Origin: Lingula anatina
Taxonomy: Eukaryota; Animalia; Brachiopoda
Assembly: GCA_051362555.1 (NCBI GenBank)
Contig: CM120647.1
Coordinates: 8,246,001-8,310,000 of the forward strand
Length of the DNA: 64,000 nt
Reading direction: 5' to 3'
The position numbers were made by a program, and so were the translations under genes. Of the stretch, positions 40,201-52,521 are shown piece after piece (position 1 is the stretch's first letter; the number at the start of each line of letters is the position of its first letter). The notes beneath the pieces are model-generated. The model saw only the letters and a list, made by a program, of their open reading frames with translations. It was not told the DNA's origin and made no database searches.

Positions 40201-42071
40201 CCATCAAAATTACCAATAACGAGTGTAACATAATGTCACTAAGTTTATTCTAAACCTTGAGCAAGACAACATTATTGACACTATTACTTTCTACCACCAA
40301 ACCAACAGGCTACATGCCTAATGGAACAATTAAAGATGGCCAAACGTGCTTCATGACACGCTACCAGTCAATGAGCTATGCATACAGTCCTATCAAGGTA
40401 AGATAAAGTATAAACAGACACTGCTATTCAGTCAATTACAAGTACGGTCCCCATTCATTAAATGACCTTGGACTCTTTACTCCGATCAAAACTTACTATA
40501 AAACGTCTGATCTGCTAGGTTTGCTTGATGCCTGACCATCAAATAGATTGCCTCATTTGTCTTGGGGAAAGACTATTGATTTCATGAATTTTTGAACAAA
40601 TCAATGAAAATTAACAGAATTGGTTCTTATTTTTCAGAGGCATTAGCTACCGTTTCAGCTATGGTGTTTGGTTGCCTGTGAGACAGTCGCGGTGACAGTG
40701 GCATTTCATGAAATCAAAATGAAAAGGCGACAAAAATACCAACCTCGCGTATACAATCAACTCCTGAAGTATCAAAATACCCACATCGCACTACCTAACA
40801 AGAATGTGCATTTTTTTACCGCCTCAACAAAACAACCAACTTCATTCTTTTATTACTGAAGAGAGGCAGTGTTTTTATGGCTTTATACTCAGGCATGACA
40901 TAAAATCTAGAGGAAATCAATTGTATTGCCTATCAGTCCTTGCTTAGTTGGAAGGAAAGTCACGATTCTGGTAGGATAAACTTTCCTGTTAGCAGTTGAC
41001 AACCTGAGAGTGCCTTTTATTTGTGGAAAAACTACATATCTACTTTTTCAGCTGGTTGCAATATAAACCAAGCAATCACTTTTATAGTATTATCATGTTG
41101 AAGATGGCATTAAAATCCTACAGGTGAATGCTCAAAGAGGACATCCGAATCAGGTGTTCTTAATAAGCTTTTCTTTTTTTTTTTTCATTCATCAACAGAC
41201 AAATGAACCCTGGTCTAAAACCAAACTGGTGGTTTTATTTATTTATTATACAGCTTCTGTTGTATACAAATATGATGTTAATTAAATAACATTAAAATTC
41301 ACGATTTTATTCACATGGCTTTACATAGTTTTCCATATATATGGAAGGTCACAAGGGTAAAGCTATTAACCTTAAAAAACTTAAAGACGTGTACTAAACA
41401 TCCGCGACATATTGTGAATTATGAAGTTGCTTCAAGGCAGAAGAGTCTGAAGCTAGACTCATGTCAGAAAGTAAAATTTAGCTAGTTGTTAGACATATTC
41501 TAATTTAGCTGAATAAAAGGAAAAAATAAAACATTTACCTAATTATTATTGTTATCATTATCATGATTATTTATTTATTTATTTATTTATTTCCAAACCT
41601 ATATTCACTTTTCATGTTCATGTTTTTCTATGTCCCATATTAACCAGCAGTATGGCTTAAAAAATTCTATCCTTGAGGGAAAGATCCTGTAACTGACTCC
41701 ACCACATGTATCTTATCTATAACCCATCTCACCTGTAGCCTGTACCATGACCCGCAGTTATCCCCATTCACAAAATACCTGACCTGGACTGCCCCCTGTC
41801 CACGTGAAATATCACACCTGGTCAGCCGAGTGAGACGTACTTGGACTCAAGATCACAAGCAAAGGGTGATGGTGCATGTGTGTACTAGTTTACAGTATGT
41901 GTGTGAAAGAGAGAAACTGTGTGTGTGTATGTGTGTGTGTATGAAAGAAACTGTGTGTGTGTATGTGTGTGTGTATGAAAGAAACTGTGTGTGTGTTTGT
42001 GTGTGTGTGTGTGAAATGTGAAAGAAAGAGAGAAACTGTGTATGTGTGTGTGTGAGTGTATGAGTGAGGTG

Positions 42072-42127
<56 letters not shown>

Positions 42128-45077
42128 GGGTGGGGGGTGAATAAAGGCATTTTACATTTACAATGGACCCTACAGTACTCAGTATCTGTGAAGTTGCACA
42201 GAACCCAGATGATAATTTTGTTTCAGGCTAAAATTTTCAACCAATATTCTAGTCTATTAAGGCCTTAAAGATAAACTGTAGTTCAAGCATATGAAATATT
42301 GTGCTTATGACTAGTTTTTCTGAACACTTGTGGACAATTATGGGTTTACCATGAAATTAAGTCTAGACCAAATTTTTGGTTTCAAAGTTTTTACCAATTT
42401 TTAAGATTAATTGTCTTTCAATCAGTCCAATGACACCAAATATCAAACATTCATTGACAAATTATGCGGAAATAATTTTCAAATCCTGTTCAATCTACAA
42501 TCTATTCACATTTAAGATTTATAAATCTGTATTTGACTAACCTGTCAGTTAAGGACTGCTGCCTCTGCTATTCAGCAGTGCTATAAATAGCACATAATAT
42601 TGTTAAAAGCCATTAATTTACCTCTAACATGTCAACCTTCGTCTTTATTAGAAAAACGGAAAGTCACCCGAGGTCAAATGAATTCTGTACATGTATATAA
42701 AAATCTGGGCTAAATCTAGGTTTAAATTTCCTAGGCTAAATTGCTAGATATTTTTAACCATATCTGACAAAATAACTAAATCAATCATATATTTTGCAAA
42801 ACAATGGAATATTATACATTTTCCTAAGCTGAAATGTTTGAAGCATTTGGCTAAAATAAACTAGCTTAAACTCTGATCTGGACCTAGTAAATGGAATTAA
42901 TTCGAGTTTGTGTAGGTTTTGTCAACTGTTTGTATGATCTTTCATTTCCTATTATCACAGTTACTGTTAACTCAAAGCGGCAATTTGATTCAATTACTGT
43001 GTGCACACACAAACACAGATAAGTATATATGCGTAGGGCCCATTACATGGCTATTTGTAATACCTTGAAATTGTATGTTGTTTTTCATGAGGTAAGTTTT
43101 CTGTTGATTGAAATGGTAATCAAAAGAGATAGTTAAGCTTGATTTTTGTTAGTTTCATTTTATTTATTTTATGGCAGTGATTTTAATAATAATGTTAGGT
43201 ACACTGACATTTTCTTGGAATGGAGGAATTTAGTATTCTTATTAAACAACTGAACAAAAATGTACCTTAAATTAAAGGGATAATAACTCTTCATATGAGA
43301 TCTATATTTCACAATAAAAACATTGTGAAAAACTCATAGAAATATAATATTTTGTTTTACCACAAAAAAGGCAGTTATAGCTATTATTCTGATATCTGAG
43401 CTTGTCTTTAGACCACGTGACCTCCATTGATGGCTACACTGTTAAAATCTCTTAAGAGATTTTAACAAAAAACCAAACTTTTTAGAAAAAAACCAGGGAC
43501 TTACTCTGAATGTAAAAATGGATTCATTAACCATTGGTAAGTATGGGAAAATTGTTGTTTACTCCAGGAAAACTCTTTTTTTTTTTTTTTTTTTGGCCGA
43601 AGCGAAGAGTTATTATCCCTTTAATGTCACCAAGGTACCTGTTGGGCAACCAAAAGATTAAAAATACAAAGTGTAGTGGGGGCTCTTTAGGGGACCACCT
43701 GTGAGTTATAAATTTGGTATTGTTACACCCCATTTCCATACATTAGATCGACCTACTTTAGATCGACCTAACTCCCTGGGGGTTCACGCTAAATAGCTGT
43801 CAGCCGGGCGGACACCAAAGTTAATTACCCCCTTACAGTTAGTAGTAAGCGGGACGGACATTTAAGTCGGATTATCTGAAAGTAATCTAGTGAGACTCCC
43901 CGCGGGGATAGATCGATCTAAAATCTATGGGAATAGAGCCTTAGTTTACCTATTTTAGGTTGACATCAACAGGTCTCCTTAACCACCCAGCCACAAACAA
44001 GCAATTATTTCAGACAGACAGGTTTATTCAACGGTTCCATTTGAGTGGTTTTATGGTACTATAATGTGGTAGTTTTTAAACAGATCTGTATTATTCCTAC
44101 TTGACATGATTTATGACTTTATATCAAGGTGAGTTGACTGGTCTAATGGGCTGTGTGGATATCATGTCATCTAACCCCCCCCCCCTCCCATCACTTTAAC
44201 AAGCAATTTGTAAAAACAAGGATACTCAATGGCACATGTTGCCAAAAGGTAAAAACAAACAAATAAATAAAGAGAAAAAGCCTGACCCAAGCAATAAATC
44301 CTACATGATTGGTCAATGTATTGATCTTGGTAATGCTTGAAGGTGTCTAACCATTAAGTCAAATTATGATTTTAATAAGAGTTTTATAAAATAAAGAAAA
44401 ATGGTGGCAACAGTTTCAAAATAGTTTAAAAAAACAATCAAACATGCAAACAGTAAGGTCAGCTTGACCCAGCAAACAGTCTTGTATTGATCACATATAA
44501 ATTGATCTCAATCACAGGAGTCTTTCTGCACGAAAGTAAAACAGAAAGCTAAGCTGACAATTCATTAGATGTTAATTAAAAACAAACATACAAATGTTTA
44601 CTTTGCCAGAGACGAGCCACTATTAGTAACACGTACTGTAGACACGCACGTCTCAAAATGTAAAAAAAAATCGTTCAAAAATATCTACAAGTGAAAATTT
44701 TAATTTAACCCCTTTTCAACATTTCCTATACTGATATCATATTATCTAAATGAACATATTGTATAAATGAATTCAACTGTCCCGATGCAAATTTGCGGCT
44801 AAAACAAGGACTACCTGACTATGCGGTTGCTAATGCTACTTGTCAAAACTCGGTCAAAATTGCCCGCAAGTTTCGGTCACCGCGACACCGGATTTCGGTT
44901 CGAATTCGACTGAAATCTGAAAGGAAATCAGTGATTGTCTGGCAACAAAACAATCGCTAAGGAGTCATCTTTAAGAATGTACCTGTAATTTTGTGTGGAA
45001 TAGTTTGGTTTGTCCTCTGCCATCGGCTGAATCTCTTCGACAGCTGGTCTGCCGTCGGTGTCGTCGTCGTCCGCCAT
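32130..45077 (-). CDS. Unknown small single-pass membrane protein (at least 108 aa, at least 3 exons)
   Basis: Exons (minus): 45077-44983 (MADDDDTDGRPAVEEIQPMAEDKPNYSTQNY, start in AACATGGCGG context); 35118-35016 (FDRWVLVHFFTIFSFSFLLGIIIIHSSLLWHRYQ, hydrophobic helix); 32258-32130 (SVSNSQDNNEFVSSLLDEYYGKEYGK...FMS*). Phases 2 and 0 join in frame. Optional frame-compatible exon pair 41817-41733 and 36006-35990. Confidence 0.6.
32511..35064 (-). repeat. 74-bp tandem array made from an exon 3' end plus its splice donor, split by a Helentron-type insertion
   Basis: CTTACCTGATATCTGTGCC (reverse complement ...CAG|GTAAG) at 32514 (degenerate unit), 32606, 32680, 34789, 34863, 34937 and 35011. Exact 74-bp period on each side of the insertion. 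Confidence 0.92.
32719..34753. mobile_element. Helentron-associated non-autonomous element (HINE/DINE-1-like) with internal satellite array
   Basis: Inserted at an AA/TT site without a clear TSD. Starts ACTAGAG with hairpin GAGGCGATACCGCCTC. About 6 internal units of ~145 bp containing GTAGGTCAAAGGTCAA (about 33030-33935), then a (CGGAGCCGG)n tract (34632-34700), then terminal hairpin GTACCGCCAGCGTACACGCTGGTGGTAC. Confidence 0.8.
35280..35493 (+). mobile_element. PIF/Harbinger-type MITE, 214-bp family, copy 1
   Basis: TTA TSD; TIRs ...CCCATTCCCA / TGGGAATGGGGTC; near-identical to five other copies in the window. Confidence 0.88.
37215..37266. repeat. (CA)n microsatellite
   Basis: About 25 perfect units. 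Confidence 0.95.
37344..37556 (+). mobile_element. PIF/Harbinger-type MITE, copy 2
   Basis: TAA TSD; same internal sequence as copy 1. Confidence 0.88.
38256..38469 (+). mobile_element. PIF/Harbinger-type MITE, copy 3
   Basis: TAA TSD; same internal sequence as copy 1. Confidence 0.88.
38680..38946 (+). repeat. Diverged tandem duplication, about 142-bp unit x2
   Basis: GAAA.AGGGAGTCC...TTCTTACTGAGACAGG...AAATTCTGA...AAAATTGAAATAGG occurs twice. Confidence 0.75.
41896..42125. repeat. Compound (GT)n / GAAAGAAACT(GT)n repeat
   Basis: GT runs interspersed with GAAAGA(GA)AACT. Confidence 0.92.
43276..43620 (-). mobile_element. Kolobok-like MITE (TTAA TSD), short copy
   Basis: TTAA|AGGGATAATAACTCTTC...GAAGAGTTATTATCCCT|TTAA. 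Near-exact reverse complement of 56258-56594. Confidence 0.88.
43726..43940 (-). mobile_element. PIF/Harbinger-type MITE, copy 4
   Basis: TTA TSD; reverse complement of the family sequence. Confidence 0.88.
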
Positions 45078-45384
45078 GTTTACATCTTATACAGAAGGTC
45101 ACTTGCCCTCAAGGTCACTACAAACAGGTAATCTTTTTTTTTTTTCAAAAACCTTAAAATTCAATCTTTTACATCATGTTTCAGGGATAATAATAATTTT
45201 CCTCTGTAAATAATTTACTAATTATATATAAAATATGTTTGTGAAAAAATAATTTCGATTCCGGAAATAAGTGATGACCTAGTTTTCCTACTTCGGGTAT
45301 TTCCGCAAATCCGAAAGGAACGACAAGCACAAGGGCATCCTGGCAGCCGCTGCAGGTTAACCATAGAAACGAAAAGAAGCAAAG
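45078..45384. promoter_or_regulatory. Bidirectional promoter shared by NAPRT and the unknown membrane-protein gene
   Basis: 307 bp between divergent ATGs. CpG-enriched flanks, ETS-like CCGGAAAT, X-box-like GTTAACCATAGAAAC, YY1-like motif at the minus-strand start. Confidence 0.65.
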
Positions 45385-48300
45385 ATGGAGGCCCCCGAAA
45401 AAGGAGTGCCGTTGTCAACCAAACTATCCAAGCACGGTCAAAATGGGGTCATACAGCCTTTACTCACCGGTAATTTTAAGCCATGGCTCTCTTTCAATTC
45501 ATTCCAGGGGTTGCAAATTGTAAATTTGTAGCGAGCCTCAGCCATGTCACATTTCTGTGAATTTCCCATTCAGTTTATTTTCACTTTCTGTTTCGTATCC
45601 ATTGCATGTGATCTTTACACAGAGGCCATTTCTCAAGTACTGAGGCACGCTATTTTTGATAAAAAGAGGCAGTGATTCTGTGAAAAAAAGACTGACTCAC
45701 TGTGGGGAAAAAGATTTAAACCAAATTGTGTAGTAGTAACACATGCACATGGTGTGTGTGTGTGTGTGTGTGTAAGGTGGGGGGGGGGGGGGGGGGGGGT
45801 AGAGACTGTTGAGGTAAGACTACAAAGTTGCCAATTTTCCCACATTACACAGTTTAGCCATACATTTCTTTGTGTTTGTCAGCCCACTTTCTCTCATGAA
45901 TCTCTTACAACACCATCAAATACCAGAGTTCTCTTTTGGGCTCTTTTGGTTTGTTAGACAGCATTCAGATTTTGACATCATACCTGCTGGATTGTTCTAG
46001 CTCTGCAAAGGATATTTGGTTAAGTGCATTAAGTGTTATTTGGGGAGAATCTCCCATAAAGTTGGATTGATCCAGCTAGTATGATGGGTTTATCTGAATG
46101 CTCCATTGGGTAAAAGCCTTATTTAACAGTAAAGGAACAGATTTTGATAAGATTCTGCAGGATCGCCCAGAAATGCCCCAACTTGGAATCAGTTAGATTT
46201 TGGTGGTGACCCATTGCTTACTAGTAATTGATAATAAAGGAGAACTGAGCTACCTCAGCACAGGTTTGCACTCTTTTAAGTCTTTTTTTTTTAATGCCTT
46301 TCTTTTATGTACTGGCTCAAGCGACACCAGTAAAAGTAAGAGAGCGGTGTATAGTACAGATAGTGATGAATCATCTTCCAAGTGCATGTGCAACTGATGT
46401 CACAAGCTTGCCAAGCATGACCTAGCAGTTATTATCTGCAGCACATGCAGTCAAACAGTTCTACACAGATATTATAATCTTCTTCTTTTGACTTTTTGCA
46501 AATGATCCATTATCCAATGTACAGTAGCTTCTGTTGAGCCTGAGCCTTATGATTGCAGGGATGAGATTTTTCTGATTATCAGCAGATTTCAGATGTTTTG
46601 GGAGCCAAAATTTCCACTGGCCTAGGCAGCCCCTTGGACTCCATGCCATATTTTCCAACTTTTTCACTAAATAGCAGTCTCAACTCTGATTGTCTCTTTT
46701 GATTCTATGAATCATTAATAGTAGGAGATCTTTCCATACACAACTGAGAGGAAAGTAAAGGACTTTTTTGCACGTGTTTTATGAACTTTTAACAATTATA
46801 ATAATAATGTTTATTGAACACTAAATATGTACATGGTATACCATTTACTGGCTCACTTATCTATGAAGAGTAGTATATATACATGTATACAATAAGGAAA
46901 ATAATGAATAACATGACATGACATATTAATACCACTTAAATAATTGTTACCTTACTTAATACAATAAAGTAAGTACACAATCATGTGATATTTTATACAC
47001 TTGTAAGGCTGCTTTACGAACACTTTTAAAAATTATATTCGTGTTCTTATCCTTGCAGATTTATACCAAATCACAATGGCATACGCCTACTGGAAAAGCC
47101 AGAAATATGAAGACACTGCGGTGTTCGACCTTTTCTTCAGAAGAAATCCTTTCCGAGGAGAATTCACGATATTTGCTGGGTTAGAGGAATGTATCAAGTT
47201 TCTGGAACACTTCCATTATACAACAGATGGTAAGAAGAATATCTGAGTTCTTAAAAAATGTGATGGTATACAGTCTGCGACGTTAGGCACTAGCCCGAGG
47301 CAATTGCCCACCTAAAGTGGCACCGGGCTAGTAAAAAAGTTGAAATTTTATAAAGCACTAGCCCGAACGGGCTAGTTGAAATTTTGAGCCTATTGTAACA
47401 CTCAGTAAGATTTCAAAAATATAAGTCGCCAGTCTTCTTTGTCCCTGCCTCTAATTTGACGTTTCTAGATAGTATGATATGCCTCTCAGTTGAAAAATCT
47501 CACACCTAGCTCAAACTACTGAATATTGATTAGTTGCTATAAATAACTTCACTGTAGTTATTTATAGCAGCAGTCTGTCTGATCAGCGTGTCGGCATCTT
47601 TTTATTTGACCAGTTTGTTGTCATGACTACAAATTGCTGTCAATCAAGTTACTGGATCAGACCGGAATTCCTTGGTACTAGCAACAGGTTTTGTCAAAAC
47701 AACACTGTCTCCGAAGCAAGTGTAATGTATGCATTATCTCATAGAACATTTGGGTTAGGACCACTTAGCAGACTGAGGGGTGTAGTATTCTATTTCCTTT
47801 TTGTTTATAATTTTTTATTTATAATTTTAATATCCACGAGTTAATACATTTTCCTTTGCTTATTGCCTTTTAAAAACAATAAGACCCAGGCAGTTACATG
47901 TGACATAAATACCCTATGAACTATTCTTGACAATGTGGAATAGTTGGGTTTATGCCATGGCTACCCCTCCACACTTTGTCCTGGTAAAGTCCTTGAAAAG
48001 TTGTTTTTACAAATGTATAACCAAAAGAATTGTAACCAAAAAAATTGCAAGACGTTTGTTTAATTACCCTTACAGCACCTATGTATTTTAATTTAGAAGT
48101 GGCATTATATACCAATGTAATTGGTAATACATTGTCGGAAAAGAGCCATTGTCAATAAAAAGAATAGGAATTTAAAAAAAAATTGATTGCATATAAAAAT
48201 GGAAAGAAAGGTATTATAAAAATATGAAAAGTAAGGGTAACTATATTCAGTATTACATATTAAAAAAGGGATTTTTTTCAATATTAAATAATTAAATATA

Positions 48301-51300
48301 TTTAGTTGATTTATATTCATTTTCAGTTGATGGGGTGGTAAAATCAATTTTACCACCCCATTAACTGAAAATGAACCTGATTGACTTTGTTATTCACTTG
48401 CTCTACTTCTATAATAAGGTTTACAAGAAAGTACAGTATGGTACCACAACTCTTTACAACATCTGCTTAAACTTTTTTAATGAATTATTTAAATTGGGCT
48501 AGTGTTTTTTGGTTCGGGCTAGTAAAGTTTGAGAGTCTGCTAGCCCGAAGGGCTAGTAGTCTTAAAAGTTTTTGGCACAGACTGGGTATATGTTTAGAAG
48601 GAAAGCAGTTTGCAGGTTAAAAATATTTCTTTTATTTTATTGTATTATAATATTTTTAATTTGTTTTTGTTTTTATCGAACCTTTGAACACAAGGTTATT
48701 TTCATCTTGTCTAAATTGTTTGAGAAATTGCCAGCTATGTTTTCAGGATTTTCAGTTTTTAAAACTTTAACCCATGTAAATACAGATTGTTGTAAGTGTT
48801 TCATTTTTTAGCACTCTCTGAAATCACACTGCCAGCATTTGATTGTATGAGCTTACAGTAGAATTGTTGTTTTACACTACCCTTATACACAATCTAAGTT
48901 TTTTTTAAAAATTATTATTATAATTCTGCTTTTATGACGTCTTATATTTATACAGATACCTCCATTTGGCTCTATGAGCTTAATGTAACCTATTTTCCAA
49001 GCCAAATTTTTTAATAAAATTGGTTAAAAAAAGACAGAAGTTATCTGGATAAATGAATTTAAACACTAAATAACAAAACAACATTATACTTAGACAAATT
49101 TAACTGTGTGTATGCATTGTTAGGGATCATAATTATGCCAGTCATACATTCACAAAATTGTTGTTTAACAATACCATCATAATGGAATATGTTTTCTAAC
49201 TCTTTTTTTTTTTCAACATTCTCTGTTTTCCTATTTATATTTGCACATATTTTTTGGCTTGCTGTGTAAACTATTAGAAATGCTTTTTAGTCAAATGCAT
49301 GAATAAATTTGGCCAAACCCAAATTATGAACAAAAATGATAAAAATTGATAAAAGGTACAATACCATCATTATTGCAAGTGCTTTCTCTCTTTTTATTTT
49401 AGTAATCTTTGTGTTCATCGAATGCATTTGCCTATATTTTTGGCATGCTGGGTTAACTTTTGGATTTCGGACTAATATCTTTTGGCAACATATCTCAATA
49501 AATTTGACCAAACCAAAATTTTAAACAAAATCAACAGTTGAAATTTAGCCAAAAAATAAATAAATTAAATAATAATAATGATAATAATGAATAAGTAATT
49601 CAAATCAAAATTTGAACTTTCACTTAAACTAAATTAAAACGTCACAGTGTTTATAATGTGCTCAACATTTACTGCACTTGTCTAAGACTAGGTTGGAGAA
49701 ATTGAAAGATTAAACACATGATTATGAGGGTTGCCCAATGCCAAGCTTTTGTGTTCTGTTCATCTTCCTCCAGCAAGGTTGAGGTAAGGGATACAACCAG
49801 CATTGATAGTGCATGTTGTTTAAATTATTAAGCTCTTAAGAAGACCGTAAACTTTCTAGTGTATGAAGAGACTCTAGGCTGGCATACTAACATCAGGTGA
49901 ATCATATTATTTATTTAAATAGAATGCTAGTACTAAAACTGATGCTCAACACACCCAAATTGTAAAAATTCTTTCTCACGAGCATTAGGCCAGTAGCAAT
50001 AGCCTTTAGTTATAAAGATTATAATGTAAATCCTATCAAAAAGTGTAAAAAGAGTGTCATTATTCAGGGATGAGAATTTTCCTACTATAGGTGTATTTCA
50101 AACTTTTTGGGAGCCAAAACTGTTATTGGTCTAGGCAGCCCTGTGGACTGAGTCCATTTTTTCTGACCAGATCACTAAAGCCCCCCTTTACACTGGACAG
50201 CATCCTTTCTGCATCCCGAAGTACAGCAATGTTTGAGAGTTGAAAAAAATAATTATAAAAAAGAAAATAATAATAATTATTATAATACTTAACATGCTGA
50301 CAACTGGCTGATCATTGAGCATTCATTTTGCAACCAAAGCGATGCTTGTGCCTCCTTTCTATGACCACAGTGATGCCAGTTTCATGGTTGCACAAAGGCT
50401 GCAGAAAGGAAAGGTTTAAATGACAGTCTCATCCTTGATTATTGATTAAATCCGCTCTGGAAAAATGAAATTATTTTTTTTTCCTTTTTTAAAAAGTTTC
50501 TTTAATGCTCCACTACAATGGAAAACTGAAGAAGAGATGTTTCCATAATATTCCACCTTTTCTGAAATTCTCAGAACTCTTTGCTAATAGGCTAAAATAC
50601 GTGACATTAGGTTAATGATTTAACCTTTGAAATGTACACGTTTCACCATAAGATATTGCTACTAGTCAAAGTTAAGTGCATATTTTAAGATGGAGTGTTG
50701 TCAAAAGCAGAAGCTTGGGGATAACAAACATAAATTATTTTACTACACTTGAACATTGTTAATGCAAATGGCATTTATTCATCTGAATTAAAGAAATACT
50801 TAATTATTGCATGAAAATGATATACGGTAGATGTGCCATATTAAATGTATGTAGATAAGGATACTTCATTACAATTTGCTCTATATTTATATTGATTTTT
50901 CCATGATGAAATATATCATAAGTATTTGAATTCCCTGCTGCAGAATAAATGTGTATTTGGCATTTCTCGTTGAGGAAGCGTGCGTCTAGAAAGCCGTAGT
51001 GTGGAGAATTGATTTTCTTGGTGTTAGCTAATGCATTTCTGTTATTGGAATAAGAGTTGTTGTTGTGCTGTTGAAGTAAGACCGTTGTGATAAAATCAAT
51101 TGATCCCAGAACCTGGGGTGTTAATGTTGTGATAGCAGGGCAATAGTTCAATAATATTTTGAATTGATTTTTATTGGTATCCTATCCGCGTTTGAAAATG
51201 TCCCAATATCATGATTTCTATGTCTACATCATCCCCTGCAAAGCAACTAATCTTTCTCAATTCAGACTGTAAGGGTGCATTCCCAGAGATTTAGATCCAT

Positions 51301-52487
51301 CCAGAGATTTAGATTTAGATCGACCTAACTTCCTGGGGGTTCACGCTAAATTGCAGTCAGCCGAGCGCACACCATAGTTAATTACTCCCTTGCAGCTTTT
51401 AGTAGGCAGGACAGATGCTTAAGCTGGCTAAGCTGACAGTAATTTAGTGAGACTCCCACAGGGATAGATCGATCTAAAATCTATGGGAATGGGGTCTAAA
51501 AGGTGAAACCCCTCAAATATGAATACTTGCTGTTGATAATTCCTTGAGTAATTTTAATATTCCTTACTCTTTCATCAAGACATCGAGTACCTGAGGACGA
51601 TTCTACCTCCCACCACAGAAGAAGAATTCTTTGAATTCCTGCACAACCTTACAGCGAAGGACGTCATAGTCTACGCCGTGGACGAGGGGTCCGTGGTATT
51701 TCCCAGAGTTCCCATTATACGCCTGGAGGGCCCTCTTCCTGTTGTACAGCTCCTGGAGACCACATTGCTCAACTTAGTCAATTATGCTAGGTTTGTCGAC
51801 TGGAATACTAAATATCTTAGTGGTATTTATAAATGAAAAACATTCAAGTTAAATGTACATTTAAGAAATAGATAAAATTTGTTTGTTCTGTTTTCTTTTA
51901 GTTGTGTTTATATACCTCTGTTTCTGAGATGAATAAGCATATTAAATTGAATGCACATTGAGCAAATAGCTGAACAACTGTGTAAGATCAAATCCAAGAA
52001 ATTGCAGTTTGATCAGTCTGAATTTTTCATTAATCTCCTGATCCGTTTTCTTAGTTTACTAATGATAATGCTACAAATGGCATTTATAATTATGACCATA
52101 GTGGCTTTGTTTTTATTTACATAGTCTGTTGGTAGTATTTGTTCTTTTGTCACAAACTAATTTTTTTATGACTCTCACAGATATATTTTGACATCTGCAT
52201 CAGTACATGAAGGTGTCTGTGCGCATCATAAAGAATTTATATTTACTTAATTAGTGTGTGACAAGGGAACAAATACTGTCAATTAAAATTACCAAATTAA
52301 TCAACTAACGAACTTGTATTTCCACAGTCTAGTTGCCACAAATGCTGCCAGGTTTCGCCTAGCCGCAGGCCAAGACAAGCAGCTGTTAGAGTTTGGCTTA
52401 CGCAGAGCACAAGGTCCTGACGGAGGGCTGTCTGCCTCTCGGTACTGTTACATTGGAGGTAGGTTTTAATCTTTATTTATTTATTTA

Positions 52488-52521
<34 letters not shown>

